Assembly (NCBI GenBank): GCA_044451265.1
Contig: JBIOJX010000002.1
Location: forward strand, 1 to 54,645
Direction: 5' to 3'
Length of the DNA stretch: 54,645 nucleotides
Source: Desulfobaccales bacterium
GTDB taxonomy: Bacteria; Desulfobacterota; Desulfobaccia; Desulfobaccales; 0-14-0-80-60-11
In this document: one piece after another, positions 46,536 to 54,645 of the stretch
Numbering within the stretch: the first letter of the stretch is position 1
How the letters are laid out: every line of letters begins with the position of its first letter
Notes under the pieces: generated by a model
Told to the model about the DNA's origin: nothing
The model's input: the letters and a program-made list of their open reading frames with translations, nothing else
The model's database searches: none
Translations under genes and position numbers: made by a program

Positions 46536-47708
46536 ATGAAGGCTCCCAACCTCCGGGAAATCCTCGCCTCCTTTCTGTACCTGGGAATTAGCGCCTTTGG
46601 CGGCCTGGCCATGATCGAGCCGGTGCGCCGGCGGGTGGTGGAAGAACGGGGCTGGCTGAGCCAGACGGAATTCCTGGAAGGCCTGGCCCTGTGCCAGATG
46701 GCTCCCGGGGCCACGGTGGTGCAACTGGCCGCTTACACCGGCTATCGGCTGCGGGGCCTGCCGGGGGCCTTGGCGGCGGCCGCGGGCTTCATCCTGCCCG
46801 CCTTTTTGCTGATGTCGGGCCTCTCCTTCTGCTATTTCCGCTATGGCGGCCTCGCCTGGGTCCAGGCCGTTTCCCGGGGGCTCGGCGCCCTGGTCATTGC
46901 CCTGCTGCTCCAAACCACCTGGCGGCTGGGGCGGGCCATCTGTCGACACTGGTCGGACTACCTCATCACCCTCCTGGCCCTGGCGGCCTTCTGGGGGAGA
47001 TTAAGCTACTTTCTGGTATTCCTGGCGGCGGGCATAAGCAAGTTGGTGCTGCAATGGGGCTTTTTTCCCGAAGCACCGGCGGCGGCAAAGGCCGCGCCCG
47101 GGAAAAAGTCCGGTTGGGGACGCCTGGGGTTACAGGCGGTGGCCGCTACCCTGACAATGGCCATCTTCATCCTGGCTCTGGGGCAGCAGGATGAGTTACT
47201 GGGCCGACTGGCTGGAATTTTTGCCAAGATCGGCGCCCTCAGCTTCGGCGGCGGTTATGTGATGATCCCCATCCTCCAATGGGAGGTGGTGGAGCATCTG
47301 GGCTGGCTCAACCTGCGGCAGTTCCTGGACGGCATCCTCTTGAGTTACGCCACTCCGGGGCCCCTGATTATTTTGGCGGCCTTTGTGGGCTACGCGGTTA
47401 AGGGCTTCTGGGGAGCCTTGACCGCCACGGTCAGTGTTTTTCTGCCGCCTATTATGATCATCGTCTGTCTGTTCGGCCCTTACCAAAATCTCAAAGAATC
47501 CCGTTGGCTGCGGCCGCCGCTGCAAGGGATCCTGGCGGCCCTGGTGGGCATGCTGGCGGTGGTGACCCTGCAGATGGGCCAGGCGTCCATGCAGGATGGC
47601 AAGGACCTGGCCGTGTTGGCCGGCGCTGCCGTTGCCCTGATGATCTGCAAACTGGAGCTGCCCTGGGTGGCGGCTGCCGTGGCCGGCATTTCCCTACTGA
47701 TCTTCTAA
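46536..47708 (+). CDS. chrA: Chromate transporter (CHR family, two-domain)
   Basis: Duplicated Chromate_transp-like halves are present: FLYLGISAFGGLAMI...QMAPGATVVQLAAYTGY, and IGALSFGGGYVMIP...TPGPLIILAAFVGY. Confidence 0.85.
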   Translation: MKAPNLREILASFLYLGISAFGGLAMIEPVRRRVVEERGWLSQTEFLEGLALCQMAPGATVVQLAAYTGYRLRGLPGALAAAAGFILPAFLLMSGLSFCYFRYGGLAWVQAVSRGLGALVIALLLQTTWRLGRAICRHWSDYLITLLALAAFWGRLSYFLVFLAAGISKLVLQWGFFPEAPAAAKAAPGKKSGWGRLGLQAVAATLTMAIFILALGQQDELLGRLAGIFAKIGALSFGGGYVMIPILQWEVVEHLGWLNLRQFLDGILLSYATPGPLIILAAFVGYAVKGFWGALTATVSVFLPPIMIIVCLFGPYQNLKESRWLRPPLQGILAALVGMLAVVTLQMGQASMQDGKDLAVLAGAAVALMICKLELPWVAAAVAGISLLIF

Positions 47709-47831
47709 AAATTTCCTGGACAATTTAAGAAAAAATTTGAGCCGCGCCGGATTGGGGAGTGGGCGGGGTTTTATTCAATGAAGGCCGGAACATCGGACTA
47801 AAAACTTTCAAAGGATTGAGGAGATAAGTAA

Positions 47832-48335
47832 ATGACCAAAGGTAAAAAAGTAACGCTGTGGCTGCTGGCCCTGGCCCTGGTATTAAGCTTGGGCTTCGCC
47901 GCCGCGGTCTATGCCGCCGGCCCTATGGGCATGGGGCATGGCCATGGGATGATGAAACTGACTCCCGAGCAGGCCGGGAAACTCTTTGACCTCAAGGAAA
48001 AGTTTCGCACTGACACCGCTACCCTGCGCAAGGGCCTGATGATCAAGCGGCTGGAAATGAGGGACTTATGGAAGGCTGAAAACCCGGATGAGAAGGCCAT
48101 TCTGGCAAAACAAAAGGAACTTAATGGCCTGAGAGATCAGTTGATGGAGAAGATGGTGCCCTTCCGGCTGGAAGCCAAAAAGATCGCACCCCACGCCTTC
48201 TTGGGCATGGGCATGCACCATGGCGGCGGTATGGGCATGGGCATGGGCGGGGGCTGCGGTATGGGTCACGACGCTGGCATGGGCATGGGCGCTGGCATGG
48301 CGCCTCCTGTGCCGCCTGCGCCACCGGCAAAATAG
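47832..48335 (+). CDS. Periplasmic Spy/CpxP/ZraP-family protein with Met/His/Gly-rich termini
   Basis: The protein has a signal peptide and a central helical LTPEQ...KEKF...R...L...L motif pair typical of CpxP-like proteins. The flanking segments are GPMGMGHGHGMM and GMGMHHGGGMGMGMGGGCGMGHDAGMGMGAGM. Confidence 0.65.
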   Translation: MTKGKKVTLWLLALALVLSLGFAAAVYAAGPMGMGHGHGMMKLTPEQAGKLFDLKEKFRTDTATLRKGLMIKRLEMRDLWKAENPDEKAILAKQKELNGLRDQLMEKMVPFRLEAKKIAPHAFLGMGMHHGGGMGMGMGGGCGMGHDAGMGMGAGMAPPVPPAPPAK

Positions 48336-48357
48336 TACTACTGCTTAACCCCTCCGA

Positions 48358-48387
48358 GCTGAAGGGCCCTCTCCACGGCCCTTCAGC
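48358..48387 (+). terminator. Stem-loop downstream of the Spy/ZraP-like gene
   Basis: The sequence is gctgaagggcc-ctctccac-ggcccttcagc, an 11-bp perfect stem. No immediate T-tract follows. Confidence 0.5.
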
Positions 48388-48610
48388 ACTTCTCTAAATA
48401 GTCGCTTTTTCTCGGTGGCGCCGCGTTTAACAGAGAGCCTGCCCCCGACTTTCGCATCATTCCGTGATTAACACGCCGCGCTCCCCTTATTCTTCGCAGA
48501 TCCTTCCCATAAGTTGGCCCACGACTTGCTCTGGTGCTTGAAAAATCCCCGCTTTTACCTTAAAGTTAAAATATAAACCATTTTGATGATTGCGAAGATT
48601 CATAAAGATT

Positions 48611-49120
48611 ATGGCAGTCATACCTATTCGAAAATTGCCCGATGCGGTGTTGCGGAAGCCGGCCCGGGAAGTCACCGAGATCAACGCCGAGCTGCAGCAC
48701 CTCATCGATAACATGGCGGAAACCATGTACGCCGCCCCGGGCCTGGGACTGGCCGCTCCCCAGGTGGGGGCGCTGCATCGCCTTATCGTCTTTGACGTGG
48801 CGCACCGTGACGGAGGGGCCCGGGACTTAAAGGTGATCATCAATCCCTGCATTACCCAGGCTGAAGGGGAACTCACCCACGAGGAAGGTTGCCTGTCGGT
48901 GGCGGACTTCTCCGCCGAGGTGCGACGCCACGCCCGGGTGACGGTGAAGGGCATGGACCGGAAAGGCAAGGAAATCAGCCTCACCGGGGAGGGCTTGCTG
49001 GCGGTGGTGCTCCAGCACGAAGTGGATCACCTGGACGGCATTCTCTTCATCGACCGCATCAGCCGGTTGAAGCGGGGCATCTATTTAAGGCGGCTCAAGA
49101 AGCAGGCGGCGTCCAGGTGA
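48611..49120 (+). CDS. def: Peptide deformylase
   Basis: The sequence contains MAVIPIRKLPDAVLRK, GLGLAAPQVG, EGCLSV and QHEVDHLDG. I chose the ATG at 48611 over the ORF-track start at 48590. Confidence 0.95.
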   Translation: MAVIPIRKLPDAVLRKPAREVTEINAELQHLIDNMAETMYAAPGLGLAAPQVGALHRLIVFDVAHRDGGARDLKVIINPCITQAEGELTHEEGCLSVADFSAEVRRHARVTVKGMDRKGKEISLTGEGLLAVVLQHEVDHLDGILFIDRISRLKRGIYLRRLKKQAASR

Positions 49121-50061
49121 AGCACGGACCCTGGCGCCTGATCTTCATGGGCACCCCCGGCTTTGCCCTGCCTTCCCTGGAGGCCGTGCTCGCCGGGGGA
49201 GAAGAGGTGCTGGCGGTGGTGACCCAACCGGACCGGCCCCGGGGCCGGGGACAACGGCTCAGCCCCCCGCCGGTGAAGGAACTGGCCTTCGCCTGGAATT
49301 TGCCGGTGCTCCAGCCCCAGCGTCTCAAGGATCCCGCCTTTCTGGAGCAGTTGGCGGCCCTGCGTCCGGAGTTGATCATCGTGGTGGCCTATGGACGTCT
49401 CCTGCCCCCGGGGATTTTGGCCGTGCCGTCCGTGGGACCGCTCAATGTCCACGCCTCCCTCCTGCCTAAGTATCGGGGGGCCGCACCCATCAATTGGGCC
49501 TTGATCCGGGGGGATCGGGAGACCGGGGTCACTATTCAGTGGATGGCGGCCGCACTCGATGCCGGGGCCATCTTTCTCCAGGAGCGAGTCCCCATCCTGG
49601 AGGAAGACAATTACGGCAGCCTGTATCAGAAACTGGCGGAGCAGGGCGCGGCGCTGCTGGTGCAGGCCCTGGAGAAACTGCGTCGGGGTGAGGCCATCCG
49701 GGAGCCGCAAGCCCAGGCAAACATTACCTTTGCCCCGCCCATCTCCCGGGAGATGCGCCACCTTGATTGGCGTCTCCCGGCCCGGGAAGTGGCCGGCTGG
49801 ATCCGGGGCCTGGACCCCACCCCCGGGGCCTATGCCTTGTGGCAGGACCAGGTCCTAAAATTGTTCGGGGCGCGGGTGAAAAGGTCAGAAGGCACGACGG
49901 CGGCCCCGGGCCTGGTTCTGGGAATGGTCGACCAGGGGGTGGAAATCGCCTGCGGCCAGGGCGCCATCCTGGTGCAGGAGCTGCAACTGGCCGGGCATAA
50001 GCGTTTGAAAGTCGCGGAGTTTCTGCGGGGGCACAAGTTGCTCAAACAGGTTTTAGATTGA
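49117..50061 (+). CDS. fmt: Methionyl-tRNA formyltransferase
   Basis: The sequence contains RLIFMGTPGFALPSLEAV, VVTQPDRPRGRGQ and NVHASLLPKYRGAAPINWA. The GTG start overlaps the def stop (GTGA). The upstream part of the ORF-track ORF (from 48889) is out-of-frame overlap with def. Confidence 0.9.
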   Translation: MKHGPWRLIFMGTPGFALPSLEAVLAGGEEVLAVVTQPDRPRGRGQRLSPPPVKELAFAWNLPVLQPQRLKDPAFLEQLAALRPELIIVVAYGRLLPPGILAVPSVGPLNVHASLLPKYRGAAPINWALIRGDRETGVTIQWMAAALDAGAIFLQERVPILEEDNYGSLYQKLAEQGAALLVQALEKLRRGEAIREPQAQANITFAPPISREMRHLDWRLPAREVAGWIRGLDPTPGAYALWQDQVLKLFGARVKRSEGTTAAPGLVLGMVDQGVEIACGQGAILVQELQLAGHKRLKVAEFLRGHKLLKQVLD

Positions 50062-50088
50062 AAACCCATTTATTTATAGGAGGTCAAG

Positions 50089-50279
50089 ATGGCTAATCTA
50101 TCCGGTCCACAACCAGATATTAAATATTGTCCTGTATGTAAATCAGATTAAAAAACGTTCTTAGAAATGAGATGATATCAAGAGGCTATGTTAGAAAAGA
50201 TGGATCGGTTTCTGACCATACGCATACCTATGATTGCCGAAGTTGTGGCAATAGGTTTGAAATTAACCAAGCCAGATAA
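50089..50279 (+). pseudogene. Small zinc-ribbon ORF interrupted by a frame change at an A6 run
   Basis: AGGAGG lies 5 nt upstream of the ATG at 50089. Frame 1 gives MANLSGPQPDIKYCPVCKSD*, and the -1 frame continues LKNVLRNEMISRGYVRKDGSVSDHTHTYDCRSCGNRFEINQAR*. Together these give CPxC...CxxC. Confidence 0.45.
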
Positions 50280-50358
50280 GCCTCTATTCATCGCCAATAG
50301 GAAGACGATTTTATTTTTTAACTGAAAACTGACTACTGACTACTGGCAACTGCATTTA

Positions 50359-51186
50359 ATGGATGAACCGGTAAAAATTATCAACGGCGGCAATTCGCTC
50401 CGGCCCCAGAAGCGCATCTTCCTGGGATTGCTGGCCGTTACCTGTCTGCTGTTCACCATCCTCTTGGGGGTGCTGTGGTACGTGCCCTACATCGGGCTCA
50501 CCAGCCTGCATCCCCGGATGCCCCTGATTCTGGGGGTGGTGTTCTCGGCGCTGCTGTTATCAGTTATCGGCGCCCTCGTACTGCTGGCCCTGACGGTGGT
50601 GTTGGGCCGGGATCTCTTTTTTTCCAAGAAGCTTCGGGGCGCGGTGATCAAGCTGCTGCTGCCTATGATGAGCGGGGTAGGCAAACTCTGCGGCGTCTCC
50701 AAGGACCAGGTGCGCCGCTCCTTCATCGAAATCAACAACCAGCTGGTGCTGGCCCAGCACTACCGCACCACCCCGGACAAGCTGCTGCTTCTCATGCCCC
50801 ACTGTCTCCAGTTCCATGAATGCCAATTCCGCATCACCGGCAGCACGGTGCATTGCAAACGCTGCGGCAAGTGCCCCATCAAAGGGCTGGCGGAGCTCTC
50901 GGAGAAATACGGGGTGGGGTTGGCGGTGGCCACCGGCGGCACCCTGGCCCGACGCATCATCGTGGACCGCCGGCCCCGGCTGATCATCGCCGTGGCCTGC
51001 GAACGGGACCTGAGCAGCGGCATCCAGGACAGCTACCCGCTGCCGGTTTTTGGGGTGCTCAATTCCCGGCCCCACGGCCCCTGCTACGACACCCTGGTGG
51101 ATCTGGACAAGGTGGAGGAGGCCCTGAAGACCTTTTTGCTGCCCCCTTATGCCGACCCACCCATAAATCCCGCAGCCGCCAATTAA
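50359..51186 (+). CDS. DUF116-family membrane protein
   Basis: There are N-terminal TM helices, then PHCLQ...C...CKRCGKCPI and a LIIAVACERDL pattern characteristic of DUF116. The gene occupies the position between fmt and rsmB that I recall as common for DUF116 genes. Confidence 0.8.
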   Translation: MDEPVKIINGGNSLRPQKRIFLGLLAVTCLLFTILLGVLWYVPYIGLTSLHPRMPLILGVVFSALLLSVIGALVLLALTVVLGRDLFFSKKLRGAVIKLLLPMMSGVGKLCGVSKDQVRRSFIEINNQLVLAQHYRTTPDKLLLLMPHCLQFHECQFRITGSTVHCKRCGKCPIKGLAELSEKYGVGLAVATGGTLARRIIVDRRPRLIIAVACERDLSSGIQDSYPLPVFGVLNSRPHGPCYDTLVDLDKVEEALKTFLLPPYADPPINPAAAN

Positions 51187-51211
51187 CCCCTTAGGGGGTA
51201 CTGACGAAACT

Positions 51212-52579
51212 TTGAGCAAAGCTCCCAAATCCCCTCAGGTGCGTGGCGCCCGGACCCTGGCCCTGGACATCCTGGCCGCGGCCCCGCGGCAGGGGCGGTC
51301 GGTGGAAGAACTGCTGGCGGCCACGCTGAAGCGCCAGCCCCTGCTGCGGCCGGAGCGGGCCTTTTTGCTGGAGTTGATCCAGGGGGTGAAGCGCTGGGAG
51401 CTGAAGCTGGACTACCTGATTGCCCAGGCCTCCGCCCTGCCCTTGAACAAGCTGCATCCCATGGTGCTGTTGATCCTGCGGCTGGCGGCCTTTCAACTGC
51501 TGATGCTGGACCGGGTGCCGGCCCGGGCCGCGGTACACGAGGCTGTGCTGATGGCCAAGGCCCGGCGGCTGCCGCCGGCCTACGGCGGCTTCATCAATGC
51601 GGTATTGCGCCGGTTGGCCGTCGAAGACCTGCCATCCTGGCCGGATCGGGAGACTGACCCGGTTCAGGCCCTGAGCGTAGAGCACTCCCATCCCGCCTGG
51701 CTGGTGCGGCGCTGGCTGGATCGTTGGGGGTTGCAGGAGACCGAAGCCAGGCTGGCCGCCAACAATCGCATCCCGCCGTTGACCATTCGGGTCAACACCC
51801 TGAAGACCGACCCCGAAAGCCTCCGGCTGCGATTGGTCCGGGAAGGGGTGGAAGCCGAACCTTGCCGTTTTTCCCCGGTGGGTCTACGCCTCACCGCCAT
51901 TGAGGCCGCACCGCTGGAACTCCCTTCTTATCGGAAAGGTCTGTGGCTCTTTCAGGATGAGGCGGCGCAACTGGTCACCTCGCTGCTGCCCTCGAAAACG
52001 GGCCGGCGGTGGCTGGAATTGGGCGCCGGCCGCGGAGGCAAGACCACCCACCTGGCCGCCAGGCTGGGTGGCGGGCTGCTCCTGGCAGTGGAACAGCATC
52101 AAGGGCGCCTCAAGGAATTGGCGGCCAATCTGCGGCGCTGCGGGGCGGGTGCGGTCCAACCGGTGCGGGCCGACGCCGCCGCCCTGCCGGTGCAAGCGGA
52201 GGTCATGGACGCTGCGGCCCTGGATGTTCCCTGCTCAGCGCTGGGCATTCTGCGGCGCCACCCCGAGATCAAATCCCGCCTGTCTGAGGCCGATCTTGAC
52301 ACCTTCCCGCCCCGGCAGCGGGCCATGCTGGAGGCCGCGGCGGCGGCGCTCCGCCCCGGCGGCCGACTGCTTTACATCACCTGTACCACTGAACCGGCCG
52401 AAAACGAGGAACTGATTGCTGCCTTCCTGGAGGCGCATCCGGAATTTCTGCTCGCCACCGACCCCAATCTTTTGCCGGCTGCGGCTCAAATCCTGGTGCA
52501 GGCACCCGGCTATTTCCGCACCTCACCGGCCGAACACGACCTGGACGGCTTCTTCGCCGTCCTTCTGACTAAAAAGTAA
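51212..52579 (+). CDS. rsmB: 16S rRNA (cytosine-C5)-methyltransferase RsmB/Sun
   Basis: There is an N-terminal NusB-like region, then LELGAGRGGKTTHLA, DVPCSALGILRRHPE and LLYITCT. The TTG start is uncertain. Confidence 0.85.
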   Translation: MSKAPKSPQVRGARTLALDILAAAPRQGRSVEELLAATLKRQPLLRPERAFLLELIQGVKRWELKLDYLIAQASALPLNKLHPMVLLILRLAAFQLLMLDRVPARAAVHEAVLMAKARRLPPAYGGFINAVLRRLAVEDLPSWPDRETDPVQALSVEHSHPAWLVRRWLDRWGLQETEARLAANNRIPPLTIRVNTLKTDPESLRLRLVREGVEAEPCRFSPVGLRLTAIEAAPLELPSYRKGLWLFQDEAAQLVTSLLPSKTGRRWLELGAGRGGKTTHLAARLGGGLLLAVEQHQGRLKELAANLRRCGAGAVQPVRADAAALPVQAEVMDAAALDVPCSALGILRRHPEIKSRLSEADLDTFPPRQRAMLEAAAAALRPGGRLLYITCTTEPAENEELIAAFLEAHPEFLLATDPNLLPAAAQILVQAPGYFRTSPAEHDLDGFFAVLLTKK

Positions 52580-52675
52580 TCAAACAGATTTTCAATGGCG
52601 GGGCATCATAGGTCTTTCTCTCCGGCCGGCCTTGAGGTATATTTGCATCAATAAGCAGCGCTTATCGGGAGGCGT

Positions 52676-54645
52676 ATGGCGGTTCGACTGGAGATCGGCT
52701 GGCGTCCGGAGCTGACGGATGCGGAAGGGGAGGGGGTGCGCCGCCAGGCCCGGGAGTATTTCGCCCTGGAGATCGAGCGGGTCCGGGTGCTGCGGGTCCT
52801 AATGCTGGACCTGGAGCTGTCGCCTGAGGAATTGGAGGCGGTGCGCACCGAAGTCTTCACTCACCCCACCACGCAGATTTCCGGCTTCCGGCCCCTGGCC
52901 CAGGCCTTCGATTTCGATTGGGCCGTGTGGGTCGGCTTCAAACCCGGGGTGCGGGACAACGCCGGGGCCGTGGCCCGGGAGGCCATCGCGGCTTACCTGG
53001 GCCGCGAGCTGCCGCCGGCGGCCGCGGTCTATACTTCCAAGCTCTTCCTCTTTTCCGGGGACCACCTGGCCGGCGACCAGATGGCCCTGTTGGCCCGGGA
53101 ACTCCTGGCCAACGATATGGTGCAGCAATCCCGGGTCTATTCCCGCCCAGAATGGGACCATGACCACGGCATCGGCCTTATTCTCCCCCGGGTGCAATTG
53201 GAGCACACCCCCGAGGTGGCCGTTTTTGACCTCAGTTCCCTGGAGAGCCTGCGGGAATTGAGTCGCCAACGCAACCTGGCCCTGCGGGACGCGGACCTGC
53301 CCATCATTCGGGACTATTTCCGGCGGCTGGAAGTCCTGGCCCGCCGGGCCGAAGTGGGCCTGGGGCCGCCCACCGACGTGGAGCTGGAATACCTGGCCCA
53401 GGCCCGGAGCGACCACTGCAACCACAACACCTTCCGGGGCCTGTTCCATTACCGGGATCTGGGCAACGGCGAGCACCTGCTGGTGGATAACCTCTTCAAG
53501 ACCTGCATTGAGGCGCCCACCCGGGAGATCGCCTGGAAGAAGCCCTGGGTGGTCTCGGTGCTGTGGGACAACGCCGGGGTGGGGCAGTTCGACGACGAGT
53601 CGTCCTACGTCATCAAGGGCGAGACCCACAACTCGCCCTCCAACCTGGAGGCCTACGGCGGCTCGCTCACGGGCATCGTGGGGGTCTACCGGGACCCCAT
53701 GGGCACTGGCAAAGGGGCCCGGCTCATCGGCGGGATTTACGGCTTCTGCGTGGGCCCCCGGGATTATGCCGGGCCGTTGCAACCGCGGCTGCATCCCCGG
53801 CGGTTGTTGGACGGGGTCATCGAAGGGGTCAAGGACGGCGGCAACAAAAGCGGCATTCCCACCCTCAACGGCGCCCTTTATTTCGATCAGGGTTACCTGG
53901 GCAAATGCCTGGTGTTCGTGGGGGCGCTGGGTTTGCTGCCCAAAGAGGTCAAAGGGGAGCCCGCCGCCAAGAAGGCGGCCCATCCCGGCGACCTCATCTT
54001 TACGTGCGGCGGCCAGGTGGGTAAAGACGGCATTCACGGGGTCACGGCCTCTTCGGAGGTCGCCTCCCCGGGCACGCCCGCCGGCCACGTGCAGATCGGC
54101 GACCCTTACACCCAGAAGAACATGCAGGATTTCTTGCAGGAGGCGCGGGACCTGGGGTTCATCAATTTCATCACCGACTGCGGCGGGGGCGGCCTGTCCT
54201 CGGCGGTGGGCGAATCCGCCATGCTGGCCGGGGGCTGCGAGGTGGACCTGTCCCGGGTGCCGTTGAAATACCAGGGTCTGGATCCTTGGGAGATCTGGAT
54301 CTCCGAGTCCCAGGAGCGCATGGTGGTGGCGGTGCACCCGGGAAACGAGGCTGCCTTCAAGGCCCTGGCCCGCAAACACGCGGTGGAGGCCACCGTGATC
54401 GGGGCCTATAACGACCGGGGGGTCCTGGAGGTAAAGCACCAGGGCCGCACTTGCGCCTACATGGATTTCTCCCTGCTGGAGGAGGAGTTCCCGCCCTGGG
54501 AGTTCGACTGCGAATGGCTGCCGCCGGAAAGCCGACTGAGTGAGCCGGTGCTGGGGGAGCCCGCGGATCATGGGGAACTGCTGCTGGCCATGCTGGGGCG
54601 TCCCAATCTTTGCGCCCGGGAGTGGATCACCCGCCAGTATGACCA
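52676..54645 (+). CDS. purL: Phosphoribosylformylglycinamidine synthase, PurL-type with a PurS-like N-terminus (3' partial, runs off the window)
   Basis: The frame is open from ATG 52676 (GGGAGG SD) to the window end and is not listed in the ORF track. The sequence contains SDHCNHNTF, GETHNSPSNLEAYGGSLTGIVGVYRDPMGTG, TDCGGGGLSSAVGE and ESQERMVV. Confidence 0.85.
   Translation, partial: MAVRLEIGWRPELTDAEGEGVRRQAREYFALEIERVRVLRVLMLDLELSPEELEAVRTEVFTHPTTQISGFRPLAQAFDFDWAVWVGFKPGVRDNAGAVAREAIAAYLGRELPPAAAVYTSKLFLFSGDHLAGDQMALLARELLANDMVQQSRVYSRPEWDHDHGIGLILPRVQLEHTPEVAVFDLSSLESLRELSRQRNLALRDADLPIIRDYFRRLEVLARRAEVGLGPPTDVELEYLAQARSDHCNHNTFRGLFHYRDLGNGEHLLVDNLFKTCIEAPTREIAWKKPWVVSVLWDNAGVGQFDDESSYVIKGETHNSPSNLEAYGGSLTGIVGVYRDPMGTGKGARLIGGIYGFCVGPRDYAGPLQPRLHPRRLLDGVIEGVKDGGNKSGIPTLNGALYFDQGYLGKCLVFVGALGLLPKEVKGEPAAKKAAHPGDLIFTCGGQVGKDGIHGVTASSEVASPGTPAGHVQIGDPYTQKNMQDFLQEARDLGFINFITDCGGGGLSSAVGESAMLAGGCEVDLSRVPLKYQGLDPWEIWISESQERMVVAVHPGNEAAFKALARKHAVEATVIGAYNDRGVLEVKHQGRTCAYMDFSLLEEEFPPWEFDCEWLPPESRLSEPVLGEPADHGELLLAMLGRPNLCAREWITRQYD

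Noticed and set aside
45201-46949. A 582-aa minus-strand ORF, with similar long antisense ORFs at 52799-54571, 8669-9751, 33886-34899, 43035-43763, 42012-42842 and 44573-45427.
   Set aside because: All lie antisense to plus-strand genes with clear family motifs (manC/chrA, purL, the lasso cyclase and others). Their translations are Arg/Gly/Pro/Ala-rich and low in complexity, with no recognisable motifs. These are the typical shadow ORFs of GC-rich DNA.
48889-49116. The long N-terminal extension of the fmt ORF in the ORF track (390 aa).
   Set aside because: The extension overlaps def out of frame and is Gly/Arg/Pro-rich. The canonical fmt N-terminus (RLIFMGTPGFA) begins right after the GTG at 49117, which overlaps the def stop.
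50146-50160. Programmed -1 ribosomal frameshifting at the A-rich run of the zinc-ribbon mini-gene.
   Set aside because: The zero-frame TAA stop (50149-50151) comes before a proper X XXY YYZ heptamer can be read, and I see no downstream stimulatory structure. A homopolymer indel (a mutation or sequencing error) is the simpler explanation.
1-54645. I searched by eye for CRISPR arrays, tRNA/rRNA genes, transposases, integrases and toxin-antitoxin or defence-system signatures.
   Set aside because: I recognised no regularly spaced direct repeats, no cloverleaf-type tRNA sequences and no transposase, integrase or nuclease-helicase motifs. The low-GC cassettes lack flanking mobility genes.

Overview
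The window is a GC-rich bacterial chromosomal segment. The gene content and the def-fmt-DUF116-rsmB order look deltaproteobacterium-like, but that is inference only. There are four blocks. (1) 1-5.9 kb holds a phosphomannomutase, an SDR epimerase and a large secreted beta-helix (tailspike/pectate-lyase-like) protein. (2) 6.4-14.3 kb is the most interesting part. It is a translationally coupled lasso-peptide (RiPP) operon encoding a PqqD-like RRE (B1), a transglutaminase-like leader peptidase (B2) and an Asn-synthetase-like cyclase (C). A 45-aa precursor gene lies below the ORF-track size cutoff. The tailoring set is unusual: a UPF0489(arginase/deacetylase-fold)-TPR protein, an HPr-kinase-like kinase, a PRMT-like methyltransferase with a C-terminal RRE-like domain, and a convergent PF14907-type nucleotidyltransferase. 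I see no exporter or isopeptidase. (3) 14.9-46.5 kb is a Wzx/Wzy-dependent exopolysaccharide locus (Wza, Wzc, Wzx, Wzy-like, about 8 glycosyltransferases, 4 SAM methyltransferases, a priming sugar transferase and sugar-nucleotide enzymes). Its base composition is visibly mosaic, and two gene remnants point to cassette replacement. (4) 46.5-54.6 kb is housekeeping: chrA, a Met/His-rich periplasmic Spy/ZraP-like protein, def, fmt, DUF116, rsmB and a partial purL-type FGAM synthase. No rRNA, tRNA, CRISPR array or transposase was recognised. All functional calls come from motif recognition by eye in the translated ORFs. No database search was run.
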